Virus record (IMG/VR): IMGVR_UViG_3300047469_000103
Location: 192,001 to 256,000 of that record
DNA: 64,000 bases
DNA from: a virus
Taxonomy: Duplodnaviria > Caudoviricetes
Strand: one strand, 5' to 3'
Of this stretch, positions 18,963 to 28,974 are shown in pieces; the first letter of the stretch is position 1, and the number at the start of each line of letters is the position of its first letter. The translations under genes were made by a program, and so were the position numbers. Under the pieces are notes generated by a model, which saw only the letters and a list, made by a program, of their open reading frames with translations, was not told where the DNA came from and did not search any database.

Positions 18963-20272
18963 AGACGTTTTCCAGCAGTCATGTCGTGGTCAGCGGCCTG
19001 TTCCATAACCTTGTCGAGAGCCTTCCCGCTAATGGTCTTGACGTAAGTTACAGATTTCATATTCCGCAAGTCTTCACCGGCAGGGATTTTGTAATGACGC
19101 AGAGATTTTTTATCAGCATTAAACAGTGCGAGAATATCCGTCATGCCCGCTGGTTCGATGGAAACAACTGTCCATTCCACGCCGTCTTTTGCCGCGAGAA
19201 CAACACCTTCTTCTGCAAGAATTGCATCAGGTTCGGGAAGCTCTTCGCCAGTCTCTTCGTCGATATCATGATCTTGGTGGAAGTCCATTTCTGGATCGTC
19301 TTCTTCATCAAAATCATCCTCTTCTTCCAGAGGTGTAATCGCCGGTTTACCTGTTGTATTTACAGTATCCAAATCTTCCATTTCGAAATCATCGTCTGGA
19401 GGATTCATCAGATTTTCTTCTTCGTCCTCGTCGAAATCCATTTCCTCTTCCAAATCTTTGTAGTGGAAATCCGAAACAAGTGGTTTTGTTCGGTCTACAA
19501 ATTTGTCTGGATCGTGCTGCGATTCGCGTACCTTCGGAATCTTTACTTTGCCCGGAACCAGCGGCTTCGGAATACGAATCTGCGGACGGCGCGCACGCTT
19601 TGGAAGTGTTGCCAGCAAGTCTTTCAAATCCACAAGGCCGCGCTGCTGTTGCGCACTCGGGAGAATGTCAGAATTGAGTGTGATTTTTTCGTATGTATCG
19701 TGGTCGATGTTTACACGTTCGCCATCCGGCATCAGCACATAACCGCCGTGCGATTTACGCAGATAACGAATGCCAATTGTGTCGTCTTCACGCAGCGATG
19801 CACGCGTAGTACCGTGGAGTTTTGTGGTCACGTTTACAACACGCACCATTTTCCGCCATTGGTAATTCGCACGATCATACGACGACGCTTCGTTAATATT
19901 TCCACGAGCGACGAAATATTGCGCGGTTTGTTTGTCGCCAGTTTCCAAATGCTGCTTACGCAATTGGCCCTGACGTTGACCAGTCTTTGCAGGCTTTTCG
20001 GGAATCCCTTGGAAGGGTTTCAAATGCTTGATAAACTCGTCGATTTTTTCCTGCTTGATCGAACGGAAAATCTTCTGCGGGTATTTCGCCAATACCACTT
20101 GATATGCACCAGCGGTTGGCCCCCGTGTAGCTTTCCGCAAACCGATCAAATCATCCGTCTCAACTTTGAGCGGCAAATCAGCATCGAGTTTCAGTTCAAA
20201 CATCGGCCCTTTATTTGACATCCATTCAAATTGTTTGAAGTCTGCCTGTACTGCGGCGAGGGCGATAATCAT
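18959..20272 (-). CDS. Hypothetical protein with acidic region
   Basis: 437 aa ORF. No family recognised. Confidence 0.75.
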   Translation of the reverse strand: MIIALAAVQADFKQFEWMSNKGPMFELKLDADLPLKVETDDLIGLRKATRGPTAGAYQVVLAKYPQKIFRSIKQEKIDEFIKHLKPFQGIPEKPAKTGQRQGQLRKQHLETGDKQTAQYFVARGNINEASSYDRANYQWRKMVRVVNVTTKLHGTTRASLREDDTIGIRYLRKSHGGYVLMPDGERVNIDHDTYEKITLNSDILPSAQQQRGLVDLKDLLATLPKRARRPQIRIPKPLVPGKVKIPKVRESQHDPDKFVDRTKPLVSDFHYKDLEEEMDFDEDEEENLMNPPDDDFEMEDLDTVNTTGKPAITPLEEEDDFDEEDDPEMDFHQDHDIDEETGEELPEPDAILAEEGVVLAAKDGVEWTVVSIEPAGMTDILALFNADKKSLRHYKIPAGEDLRNMKSVTYVKTISGKALDKVMEQAADHDMTAGKRL

Positions 20273-21936
20273 AACGCGATAATCTCTTTCGTTGTGGTGA
20301 CGGTTTCGTGTTGCAGCGTATAGGAAACACTCACGTTATAAGTGCCCGGTACGTTTGCATTCACGTTACCAAAACTCACGCTTGCCAATTCATCCGAGCA
20401 GTACCACAGCGGCGAAACAACTCGTTCACTTCCATCGCTAAATGTTGCAACAGCGGTAAAAGAATTCGGGGTATTTGCACGAATAGATTCTGGCCCTTCA
20501 ATGCGAATCGAAAGCGGGAAAGTTTTATTGTCGATCAAGGTTACAGGCAACTCGGTGTGCAGCGTGACTCCGCTAATGCTGGTCGATGCGCTGATTACCA
20601 GTTCTGCCGTTTCATGAACTTGCACAGCATGCAGAATGCCGCTGTTAGAAACATTTGCGATATATTCGTTCGAAACTTTCCAAGTTGCAGGCAATACAAT
20701 GTCGGCGCCGTCTTCGTAAACCACGTGGAATTTGAGAGACTGATATTCGCCTACGTGCATTGGGCTGCGCAATTCTATGTAGCAGCTAACCGGCAGGAAG
20801 AGTGCAGGAACAACTTCGATATTTCGCGTCACTTGTAATCCCTCATAAACCGCCATGAGGTTTACCGAAGTTTCTGTCTCAACTTTCGATGCTGCATAGA
20901 ATTGATTCCCGTCATCAATCACGCCAGCAATTGTGTTCGTGTGAATTCGGGATTGCACTGCTTTTTTCGTGCCGTCAGTGAAATGCACAGTCGTATAATA
21001 CTGCACGACCAGACCTTCACGCACACGAGCAGGGCCGTCAATCGACAGATACTCAGGACGCACAGTAATATCCAACACGCTCAATTCAATTGACGCGCTA
21101 GTCACGGTGCCTTCGAAATCGTAAGAAGCAATAATGGTCGTATTTTCTACGCCATCTACTGCGGCTGCACAGAATGTTCCGTCACAGGAAATTTCCCCGG
21201 CTTTCGGATTCGTGCTAAACCACTGTGCAATTACTTGCTGGTTTTTTCCGTTATCAAACAGGACTTCGAAACCAAAGTTTGCGCGGCCTAGTTCGGTGAT
21301 AATGGAAGGGCCAAAAATAAAACCTTTGACCGGGTAAATTGCGGAGTCTACAACGAGAACATCAAGAATTGCAGAGCGGGTAATTCCAGCGACAACGTAA
21401 GTCGCAGTGAACCGCACTAATGCACTGCCACGAATCTTTTGGAAATGGGCAATACCGGTTGTGTCGATTGTGGCAATACTTGGCCGACTTGAGGTAAAAG
21501 TTGTAGGTACAATTTCAACGGTGGAACTATCGTCGTAACGAGCGGTAACGACATACGATTCAACCGTGTTTTTCTCGACTTCGCCTTTGCCGCTAATGAT
21601 GATGGAAACAAGTGCGGGCGGGGTGTCGATATCGCGAACAGTCACAATCGCTGTGCTGGTCAGCGTGGAATCAGAACCTGCGTGATAATACTGGCAGGAA
21701 ACTTGTACAGAACGCGTGCCGGTCGGAACCGTGCCACCGGTAAATAAACCCGATGGAGAAATGCTACCAAAGGGCGATGCAACAGCCGCCCACGTGGCAA
21801 CAACTTCGTGTTGTGAATTGTCTTCAAATGTCACGATTGCGCGCATTTGAAAAGTTGATCTTTCTGCGACAGGAACGGTGGGGCCGATGATATCTATTTG
21901 AACCGGCCACAGTTCCTCTAAGCTAGTATCGGCCAT
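20269..21936 (-). CDS. Virion protein with tandem Ig-like (Big_2-type) repeats
   Basis: About 90 aa repeats of pattern I.I.GP..V.E.....F...V.F.DG....V...W......I...G.F. Confidence 0.8.
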   Translation of the reverse strand: MADTSLEELWPVQIDIIGPTVPVAERSTFQMRAIVTFEDNSQHEVVATWAAVASPFGSISPSGLFTGGTVPTGTRSVQVSCQYYHAGSDSTLTSTAIVTVRDIDTPPALVSIIISGKGEVEKNTVESYVVTARYDDSSTVEIVPTTFTSSRPSIATIDTTGIAHFQKIRGSALVRFTATYVVAGITRSAILDVLVVDSAIYPVKGFIFGPSIITELGRANFGFEVLFDNGKNQQVIAQWFSTNPKAGEISCDGTFCAAAVDGVENTTIIASYDFEGTVTSASIELSVLDITVRPEYLSIDGPARVREGLVVQYYTTVHFTDGTKKAVQSRIHTNTIAGVIDDGNQFYAASKVETETSVNLMAVYEGLQVTRNIEVVPALFLPVSCYIELRSPMHVGEYQSLKFHVVYEDGADIVLPATWKVSNEYIANVSNSGILHAVQVHETAELVISASTSISGVTLHTELPVTLIDNKTFPLSIRIEGPESIRANTPNSFTAVATFSDGSERVVSPLWYCSDELASVSFGNVNANVPGTYNVSVSYTLQHETVTTTKEIIAL

Positions 21937-21966
21937 GAATTATTTATTCTCCGAAGTCTGCAACTG

Positions 21967-21998
21967 AAAAAAGCCAGCCACCCGAAGATGGCTAGCTT
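21967..21998 (-). terminator. Intrinsic terminator with cUUCGg tetraloop
   Basis: AAGCTAGCCAT-CTTCGG-GTGGCTGGCTT followed by a T-run. Confidence 0.85.
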
Positions 21999-22008
21999 AC
22001 TTTTCCAA

Positions 22009-24333
22009 TTACACGTATTTAATGGAGTAATTATCTGTACGCGGCGAGAACTGCGGCAACGTGGTTGCCTCACTGCGAACGACAATCCACGGACGCACAC
22101 CAGTTCCGTCGTCGAATTGCACGGTCATAGTTTTCGGCAAGTTCGCATCGTAACCCGGCAAGCCTTCTTCGTTACCAATTACATCGTTGCGGTAATTGAT
22201 ACCGTCGAAAGTAACGTTGAAAGAGTTCGCCAAATCGACGATGAAAGTGCTGCCAGCGCGAGCATCCCACATCAGGTAAACGTATTCGTCTACAGTGATT
22301 GTAGTGGTGATGTTTTTCGCAATGCCATCCGTTGCAATATCCAACGTATTTGTCATTACATCCGAAACGAAATCGGTGAAGCCTGTCCAGTGGGTGTACT
22401 GCTTACCGGACGCCGAAGTTTCGTCGGTCACACCGTAGTCGCGTTCGTCTTGAGTGATTTCGCTGACGATTGGGCCACCAGTGAAATTCACGTTGGAGAA
22501 CATTGCTACGCCGTAACGCAGTGGCGGAATTACAACAGAAGCAGTTTGAATAACAATTGCTTTTGTTGCGTTCAATACCACGCCGTCTTCGGTGTAGTTT
22601 GCGCGAATGCTTACGTTGCCATTCTGCACGCCGGTAGCTTCACCCGCTGCGTCGATTGTGGCTTTCGTTACATCCGAGGTACTCCAAGTGGTCGGAGCTT
22701 TATCGACGTGCGAGCCGTCAGCGTAAGTCACGGTGTAAACATAAATCGCTTTGCCCAAAGGAGCGAGCGTAGCAACACCGGAAATTGCAGCGGAAACAGG
22801 CCAGTTTTTCGTGTCAGCAATTGCGATAGTTTTCTTCGCAGTAACAGTCACGCCGTTTTGAGTAAACGAAACGTTCACTTCAACGGTTTTGCTACCCGGC
22901 ACAGTCAGCGGCTTCGCAGTCAGCAAACCATTTTGGTCAATTGTTGCGTAGGTGCTGGAAGTTACCGACCAAACACCAGCCACGTTACCGTTTGTGGAAT
23001 CCGAGAAAGAAACCGCAGCGTTCAAGTCGATGGCAGCATTTTGATCGACGGAATTAGCGCCGATAATTGCAACGCTATTCGGATAAACCAGCGGGTCTTT
23101 AATCGTCACGGCAACGGTTGCTTGGCGAGTCACGCCGCCTGTTGCATAAGTTGCAGTCAGGCTGGTATTAACGTCGCGAACCTGATTCACTTTCGGAGTC
23201 AGCACGCCAGCGGTGAAAGAACCCGCATTTGTGTTGCTCGAAACAAAAGCGTTCGGCGTAACAACGTTTGTCGAACCGTCAGTGAAATGCGCAACCACGG
23301 TGTAAATGCCGGTTTCCGATTTCAGGAACTGAGTCGGGCCAACAATTTCGATATGGTCGAGAATTACCAACGTCGGATCACCAATAATGGTAATCACAAA
23401 ATCCTGATAAACAGTAACGCCAGAATCAGGATGTGTCCACGATGCGCGAACAGTTACCGGAGTATCGACGGCAACCAAACCAGCTTTAAACACACCGGTA
23501 TTTGCACCGATTTCTGCGTGGTCTTGATTATCGCGAAGTGTCCACGTTGCTTTAACGCTGAAAAACTTCGTGCCATCGTCCATCGTTACATCGGCACGCA
23601 GAACGTGATTCGATGCACCGGGAACATGAACAGCAGGGCCGACAACAGCAATGCCAGTTGGCAGCGGGCCGACGTATGCAAATTCGGTTGTCGCGGGCAT
23701 CCACTGTGCAATCCAGTTTCCGTTTTCATCGGCGCCGGTAACAAACAGCAATTCACCGTTTTTCGGATCACTACCGATTACGCTCACGAATTTATCGGAG
23801 CCGTCACCAGCAGCCAACATCGTGCGCGGAATATCAGGGTGCGAATGCGGACGCGGGGCACGTGGATTCGACATGCGAATATCGTTATCACCAACGACAA
23901 CGCGATCACCCGGAGGCAGCAGCGAATCGAAAGAGGTTTCGAAACCGCCGTAACGATTTACCGAAGCGAGGCCCGGCAAAAAGTCCTGAATTTCACCCAA
24001 GATCGGATCGGATTCTTTTTTGAAGTATTGAACTTCTTCAAAGATTTCGTCGATGGACGAAAGCACCGACCACGAACCGCGATAGTCTTTATCGTCGTAT
24101 TTTTCAGCATCAACACGACGCATCAAAACTTTGTAGTCTTCGTGTTCTGGATTTGCGTTAATCCAAGTCACGTTGTAAGGAACGGTGAGGGTATCCGGTT
24201 CAAGAAGTGAAACGAGGACAACGAATTGTTTTCCGTTGCCCTCGATCAGAATCTCAACCGGGTTAAAGCGAGACAGACCGCGATACTGCAAAGCAATCGC
24301 AATTTTCTCGTCGATAAACTCGGTCAAAGTCAT
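22009..24333 (-). CDS. Virion/fibre-associated protein: collar-like N-terminal domain plus Ig-like repeats
   Basis: N-terminal domain homologous to 24343..24987, followed by 4-5 Ig-like repeats (W........I..G.LT). Confidence 0.75.
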   Translation of the reverse strand: MTLTEFIDEKIAIALQYRGLSRFNPVEILIEGNGKQFVVLVSLLEPDTLTVPYNVTWINANPEHEDYKVLMRRVDAEKYDDKDYRGSWSVLSSIDEIFEEVQYFKKESDPILGEIQDFLPGLASVNRYGGFETSFDSLLPPGDRVVVGDNDIRMSNPRAPRPHSHPDIPRTMLAAGDGSDKFVSVIGSDPKNGELLFVTGADENGNWIAQWMPATTEFAYVGPLPTGIAVVGPAVHVPGASNHVLRADVTMDDGTKFFSVKATWTLRDNQDHAEIGANTGVFKAGLVAVDTPVTVRASWTHPDSGVTVYQDFVITIIGDPTLVILDHIEIVGPTQFLKSETGIYTVVAHFTDGSTNVVTPNAFVSSNTNAGSFTAGVLTPKVNQVRDVNTSLTATYATGGVTRQATVAVTIKDPLVYPNSVAIIGANSVDQNAAIDLNAAVSFSDSTNGNVAGVWSVTSSTYATIDQNGLLTAKPLTVPGSKTVEVNVSFTQNGVTVTAKKTIAIADTKNWPVSAAISGVATLAPLGKAIYVYTVTYADGSHVDKAPTTWSTSDVTKATIDAAGEATGVQNGNVSIRANYTEDGVVLNATKAIVIQTASVVIPPLRYGVAMFSNVNFTGGPIVSEITQDERDYGVTDETSASGKQYTHWTGFTDFVSDVMTNTLDIATDGIAKNITTTITVDEYVYLMWDARAGSTFIVDLANSFNVTFDGINYRNDVIGNEEGLPGYDANLPKTMTVQFDDGTGVRPWIVVRSEATTLPQFSPRTDNYSIKYV

Positions 24334-24342
24334 GACGATTCC

Positions 24343-24987
24343 TTATTTCTGAATGTCGGTGGAAGACAGTTGACGCCATACAGCGGTGCCATTGCCGGTT
24401 GCAACCAGAGTCGCGCCAATTACAGGCGACGGGCTATCACCGATGGTTACTGTAGAGCTTTTTGTTTTCAACTGATTTGCAGGTTTTTCTGCGTGCGTGT
24501 GTTCGGTAGGAACACGATCATCAGTCAGACGCGAATCGCCTTCGCCTACAGCAATTGGTTTTGCGCCGTCTTTTGGAGCAACGGACAAGCGCGCAATGCC
24601 GAGAACGGAAGTGCTGGCCGGTGGAATCGGATTCGTTTGATTCAGAAGCGCGGCGTCTTCGTCATCGTAGAATTGATCCTCGTTAAATTGCAGCATTGTG
24701 TCGATTACTTCCCACGTGTGATTCGTACCGGCGCTAACATCCGGGTCTTTCGAAACACGACGGCGAGCGGCTTTGTAATAAGCGCTCAGCGGATTGAAAT
24801 CGAACCAAACAACATTGAGTGGCAGAATTTCGCTGAATGGTTCACGCAGCGCGCAAACCACGGTTTGAACCCGGCGCACGGTGCTGTTCGAAATGCGCGT
24901 GGTAATCGGGTTGGTTTCGTCCATGTTCTGAATGTCCGACAGGACAAGCAGAGAATCACGGATATTTTCGAGTTGTTTCTCAGCCAT
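24343..24987 (-). CDS. Fibre/collar-like protein
   Basis: AS.S.LGIARLS...V.EGD.RLTD.R.P..H.H motif, as seen in phage fibre proteins. Confidence 0.55.
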   Translation of the reverse strand: MAEKQLENIRDSLLVLSDIQNMDETNPITTRISNSTVRRVQTVVCALREPFSEILPLNVVWFDFNPLSAYYKAARRRVSKDPDVSAGTNHTWEVIDTMLQFNEDQFYDDEDAALLNQTNPIPPASTSVLGIARLSVAPKDGAKPIAVGEGDSRLTDDRVPTEHTHAEKPANQLKTKSSTVTIGDSPSPVIGATLVATGNGTAVWRQLSSTDIQK

Positions 24988-24992
24988 TTTAA

Positions 24993-26633
24993 TTAAGCCT
25001 CGGTAAAGGTCATGGAAGAACCGAAATTGCGAATGTCAGCAGTCAGGGAAGCACGGCTGGCTGGAATTTCCGGGTCGATTACGAAATCAATCGCCATATC
25101 GTTATTCGCGATTACTTCGGCGGTGTTGTTTCGTTCGTCACAGATGGTTTCCCAATCGTTGATACCGCGACCACGTTTCACTTTCGCCGCTTCAGCGTCT
25201 ACGATGCTTTTCAGTTGATCCCGTTCGTATTTATCGTTCGGGTTGAAAACAGACGGCAGGAACGCTTTACGAATCAGCGTTTTCACACCGTTAACCAGAC
25301 GACGCACGTTGACGTATTGGAAACCGGATTCGAAGTTTTGCAGTGTGAGTTGTTCGAAAATCACAAAGCCACGTTTCGGAATACGGCGGATGTAGTTAAT
25401 CTGCGATTGTTGCAGCGCGTTACGCTCTTGCAGATTGTATTTCCGGTTCAGGTTGGTGACTTTCAACTGACCACGGTTAATACCAGCCGGTGCCCAGTAG
25501 TACGCCTTCACGCGGTCGGTGTACGCATAAGCTGCGGCAACCAAACCAGACGGCGGACACATGAATTTACGACCGGAAACGTCATCGGTGATTTCCACAA
25601 ACGGGCCATACAGCGCGCCGTAAGAATTGGAAATGTTCAGAATGTTTCGGCGGTAATTAACAGCCTTCGAAACTTCTTCGAATTCTGTAGGCAGGTCAAC
25701 AATTGCCATTGCGTCACCGCGCTTTTCAGCGACGGAAACCATGTGCTGCTGAATATACGGCGAAGTGTAACCACCGTTAATCAGAATTTGCACCGCGTAA
25801 TCGTCGGTATTGTCGATGCCATCCCACGAGGAAATGATATCGGAATCTACGCAACGATTGCCATCCGCGCCACCGTCGAGGGTTTCGAAAGTAGAAGTGC
25901 GAATATCAATCAGCGGGCAAAGTGGGTTGTTTTTCACTTTGATGAATTTCGAGTTGCCGTTAATGCGCGACTCGACAAACATTTGCTGTTGCATGCCATC
26001 GAGTTCTGCGGTTCGGCTGCACAGATAGGATTCCAGCGGAATCGAACCGTTGCCTTTGTAATCTTTGAAAACTTCGACGTAGAAATGTTTCGGGTTGCTG
26101 AATTCCCCGACAGATGTACCTTGCTGGTTTGCTGGACGCACGCGAACAGAAATGCTGCTCGACCATGCACCCGGCGAAGTGGCACAGAAAAACATCAGAA
26201 CGTTTTCAACGCCCGGTGTGCCAACGGTAAAACCGATTTCGTTAATTGGATTGCCGAGAACACCTTTTGGAGTGTTATCGCCATTGTCGAAATTCACCAG
26301 TTTCAAAACCGGCTCCATTGCCGCATTATCGTCCACGGACAAATAAGCGCCAGCGGTCAATGCAGTTTTTACGTCAACTGCACGTTTGATGTACATGCGT
26401 GATTCGGTGAGAAACTGCTCAGCACAGTGCATGCCGAAGCCGAATTTCGCAAAGTTTTTAATACCGAATTTGGTTTTCAAGTCCTGTTTATCAGTGACCA
26501 GTGTCCATTCTTCGGTGCTACCCATTTGCGATTCGACCACCATTGCACCAATGGAGCTAATCACCGTACCGCCGCGCTGGCTCAGGTCGTTATCCTGATC
26601 GTAAACGCCAGCACTCGTATTAGGAAATGCCAT
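24993..26633 (-). CDS. Tail sheath protein 2
   Basis: Start trimmed to MAFPNTSAGVY (AAGGGG SD). R.DAMAIVD, YWAPAG.NRG, QINYI, VNVRRL, VFNPND. Confidence 0.92.
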   Translation of the reverse strand: MAFPNTSAGVYDQDNDLSQRGGTVISSIGAMVVESQMGSTEEWTLVTDKQDLKTKFGIKNFAKFGFGMHCAEQFLTESRMYIKRAVDVKTALTAGAYLSVDDNAAMEPVLKLVNFDNGDNTPKGVLGNPINEIGFTVGTPGVENVLMFFCATSPGAWSSSISVRVRPANQQGTSVGEFSNPKHFYVEVFKDYKGNGSIPLESYLCSRTAELDGMQQQMFVESRINGNSKFIKVKNNPLCPLIDIRTSTFETLDGGADGNRCVDSDIISSWDGIDNTDDYAVQILINGGYTSPYIQQHMVSVAEKRGDAMAIVDLPTEFEEVSKAVNYRRNILNISNSYGALYGPFVEITDDVSGRKFMCPPSGLVAAAYAYTDRVKAYYWAPAGINRGQLKVTNLNRKYNLQERNALQQSQINYIRRIPKRGFVIFEQLTLQNFESGFQYVNVRRLVNGVKTLIRKAFLPSVFNPNDKYERDQLKSIVDAEAAKVKRGRGINDWETICDERNNTAEVIANNDMAIDFVIDPEIPASRASLTADIRNFGSSMTFTEA

Positions 26634-26707
26634 GAAAAGAACCCCTTGTATGGTTGGTATACGGGAATATGAGAGAGCAAATCCCAAAAGAAATGCCATT
26701 CCACTAT

Positions 26708-26717
26708 ATTTAAATTA
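26708..26717 (-). promoter_or_regulatory. Putative late promoter TAATTTAAAT (sheath 2)
   Basis: Motif copy located between a terminator and the sheath gene. Confidence 0.55.
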
Positions 26718-26749
26718 CGCAAAGGGGTTTTAAGCTTTTTTCAGGCAAT

Positions 26750-26774
26750 AAAAAAGGGGCCGCAATGGCCCCTT
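26750..26774 (-). terminator. Intrinsic terminator ending the replication operon
   Basis: AAGGGGCC-ATTGC-GGCCCCTT followed by a T-run. Confidence 0.85.
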
Positions 26775-26790
26775 CTATTTGACACTTTTA

Positions 26791-27543
26791 TTAATCGTCA
26801 AAGCAATCCGAATCATCATTGTCAGGATGAATCGTGCTTAGGTAATACTTGAATGCGCGGATTGCCAATTCGGTATCGCCCCGTTTCCAAGCTTTAATCG
26901 CGGGCATATACGGACGCGCATTCAAATAGCGCATGTGATGTTTGATTTGATTGTGCCGTTCGCTAACGAATTTCCACAACCAATAAGTAATCCTTTTCGG
27001 TTCACCGCGAATCAGGAATACACGAACGAAACAGAAAACTAATGCTTCCATGTTTTCGTCTTCCATGTGTTCCGTTGATTCATGGAAACATTCGAGAATT
27101 TGTTTCTTTTGTTCGGCAGAGAAACGCATAATCTTGTCAGGGTGTGAAGCCTGTTTAATCATGCGGTAAAGAGTTTTGATTGGGATTTCATCTTCCTTTT
27201 CATCACTCTTTTTCGATTCAACCCCATCAAAGGTAATCGTATCGTCGTCGCCTGTGAATTCATCCTCGATACCGGGGAAAGAAGTATCAACGTCGTATTC
27301 GTCCGCGATTGCCAAAGGTTGGTCAACGACCATTAAACCTTTTGCAATTCTATTCACGGCTTTCATGTCGCGAGTTTCTTCGTCGTCCGCGTCAACGTCT
27401 TCGTGTTCGCCGGTATGTCCGCCCATTGCATAATTGCATTCAGCGGAAAGCCAGCTATAACCCGTTTCAATTGTCACGATCAATTGTTTCAACGTTTTAT
27501 CATCACGCCGAATTTCTTCGATATCGTCGAGGGTGATATTCAT
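26791..27543 (-). CDS. J-domain-containing protein
   Basis: IKTLYRMIKQASHPDK matches J-domain helix II plus the HPD loop, followed by a helix III-like segment. Confidence 0.7.
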   Translation of the reverse strand: MNITLDDIEEIRRDDKTLKQLIVTIETGYSWLSAECNYAMGGHTGEHEDVDADDEETRDMKAVNRIAKGLMVVDQPLAIADEYDVDTSFPGIEDEFTGDDDTITFDGVESKKSDEKEDEIPIKTLYRMIKQASHPDKIMRFSAEQKKQILECFHESTEHMEDENMEALVFCFVRVFLIRGEPKRITYWLWKFVSERHNQIKHHMRYLNARPYMPAIKAWKRGDTELAIRAFKYYLSTIHPDNDDSDCFDD

Positions 27544-28313
27544 AGAATACTCATTAAGTCCTGTTTGTCACTGCGCTTGCTGTTTAAGAACAAAGCAAAC
27601 TGCATAGTCATTCGAATCTTTTCCGCGAAGAACGTAACCGGGTCAGCCCCGTTAACTACAACGATGCGCGGAATGTGGTCATACTTCTCCAATAAGTCTC
27701 TGACTTTTTCAATCTTTTGCGGAGTGGAATCTGGCCCGACATTCGCAATGATTAACATGGAGATATTTCGTCTTACTTTTTCGTCACGCAAATCATCCTG
27801 ATAACCGCCCATGACTCGGTGCCAAACCGGCAGCAGTCGGCCTTTGTGTGAACCACTGCGCTGCTGTTCAATTGCCGAATCCATGAAACTCATTGCCAGA
27901 AACTTTGCGCGATCATCCGTTGCCATTGAACCGATTCCAATAATAGGCGAACCGTGCAAAGGATTTGTCAGCATTCGGTGACAAGTATCAATCTGCCTTT
28001 TCACACTTGTTTTCGGCAAGTGATAATCTTCAGGCAACCATTTCGGAACAAATGGCGTAATGGAAACCAGTGCATCGTCAAGCAGAAACGGACTGCGCAT
28101 GACTTGCAAAGCGCTACCATCAACGCCTTGGTTTTTTAATGTCTTTACGCGATCCGAATCAAAGCGGAATTTCAAGTGAGGTGCTGGAATGCGAAGGACA
28201 GGTGCAAATGTCTTCTTCGATTTTTTCATCCCGGCGACAGGTTCCACTTTCTTTTTAGTGCCCTTGAGTTTTGTCACCGGTTCCGTTTTCTTTATCGTCT
28301 TTAACTCTTTCAA
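27540..28313 (-). CDS. Degenerate DnaC/IstB-like AAA+ fold protein
   Basis: MLIIANVG...IEKVRDLLEKY..IPRIVVVN parallels DnaC LLIiDDlG...l..ii..R...PtIiTTN, but Walker A GKT and Walker B acidic residues are missing. Confidence 0.5.
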   Translation of the reverse strand: MKELKTIKKTEPVTKLKGTKKKVEPVAGMKKSKKTFAPVLRIPAPHLKFRFDSDRVKTLKNQGVDGSALQVMRSPFLLDDALVSITPFVPKWLPEDYHLPKTSVKRQIDTCHRMLTNPLHGSPIIGIGSMATDDRAKFLAMSFMDSAIEQQRSGSHKGRLLPVWHRVMGGYQDDLRDEKVRRNISMLIIANVGPDSTPQKIEKVRDLLEKYDHIPRIVVVNGADPVTFFAEKIRMTMQFALFLNSKRSDKQDLMSIL

Positions 28314-28974
28314 GGTCTGGACTCTCGGAAGGGTGGGTTTGATACTTCTTTACAGTATTCGAAGTGCCGAATATACGTTCGTTGCATTGCTCGTAATACA
28401 ACGCCGTCTCTGCGGGCGTCAGGCTTTCCAACGTGACGACTTCACCGGTAACAGGGTGATGGATATTAGGCAAGAAAAACTCTTGTGTTTCCTGCTTCGA
28501 CAATTGCTCAAGAAGCATGCGCCCGTAGGGATTATCCGGCATATCAATAATCTGCTGCGAAAGCGTTTTCACTCGGTTTTCAATGTACGCCGTGATTTCA
28601 TGTTCGGGTCGCAGGAACAGCGGAAGTATGTGCGCTTCGTCAATCATTTCCTGATCGAAAAAACCACCGGGCGGCATAGAGCAACCACGACTGAATTTAG
28701 GTGGCATCATTTCTTCAGTGATTTTCCAGTCGTGCCCAATCGGTGGGCGTTTACGCACGAATTCTTCTTCGTCGTTTTCTGCACACACTTCCACGCCCGG
28801 TTCGAAATAGGCACGGTTGTAAAGTTTGCGCCCGGTATTAAAAATGACTTCACGTTCGTATTCAAGGGGAGCGCCAATCACAATAGCCTGTCCCATGAAT
28901 TCGTAATTAACGTGCGTGACGTATTCGCCGGGAACCATCGGGTGGCCGAGGTCAAATGGTTTATCGGAAGACAT
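28255..28974 (-). CDS. Hypothetical protein
   Basis: 239 aa ORF in operon context. Confidence 0.7.
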   Translation of the reverse strand: MSSDKPFDLGHPMVPGEYVTHVNYEFMGQAIVIGAPLEYEREVIFNTGRKLYNRAYFEPGVEVCAENDEEEFVRKRPPIGHDWKITEEMMPPKFSRGCSMPPGGFFDQEMIDEAHILPLFLRPEHEITAYIENRVKTLSQQIIDMPDNPYGRMLLEQLSKQETQEFFLPNIHHPVTGEVVTLESLTPAETALYYEQCNERIFGTSNTVKKYQTHPSESPDLERVKDDKENGTGDKTQGH

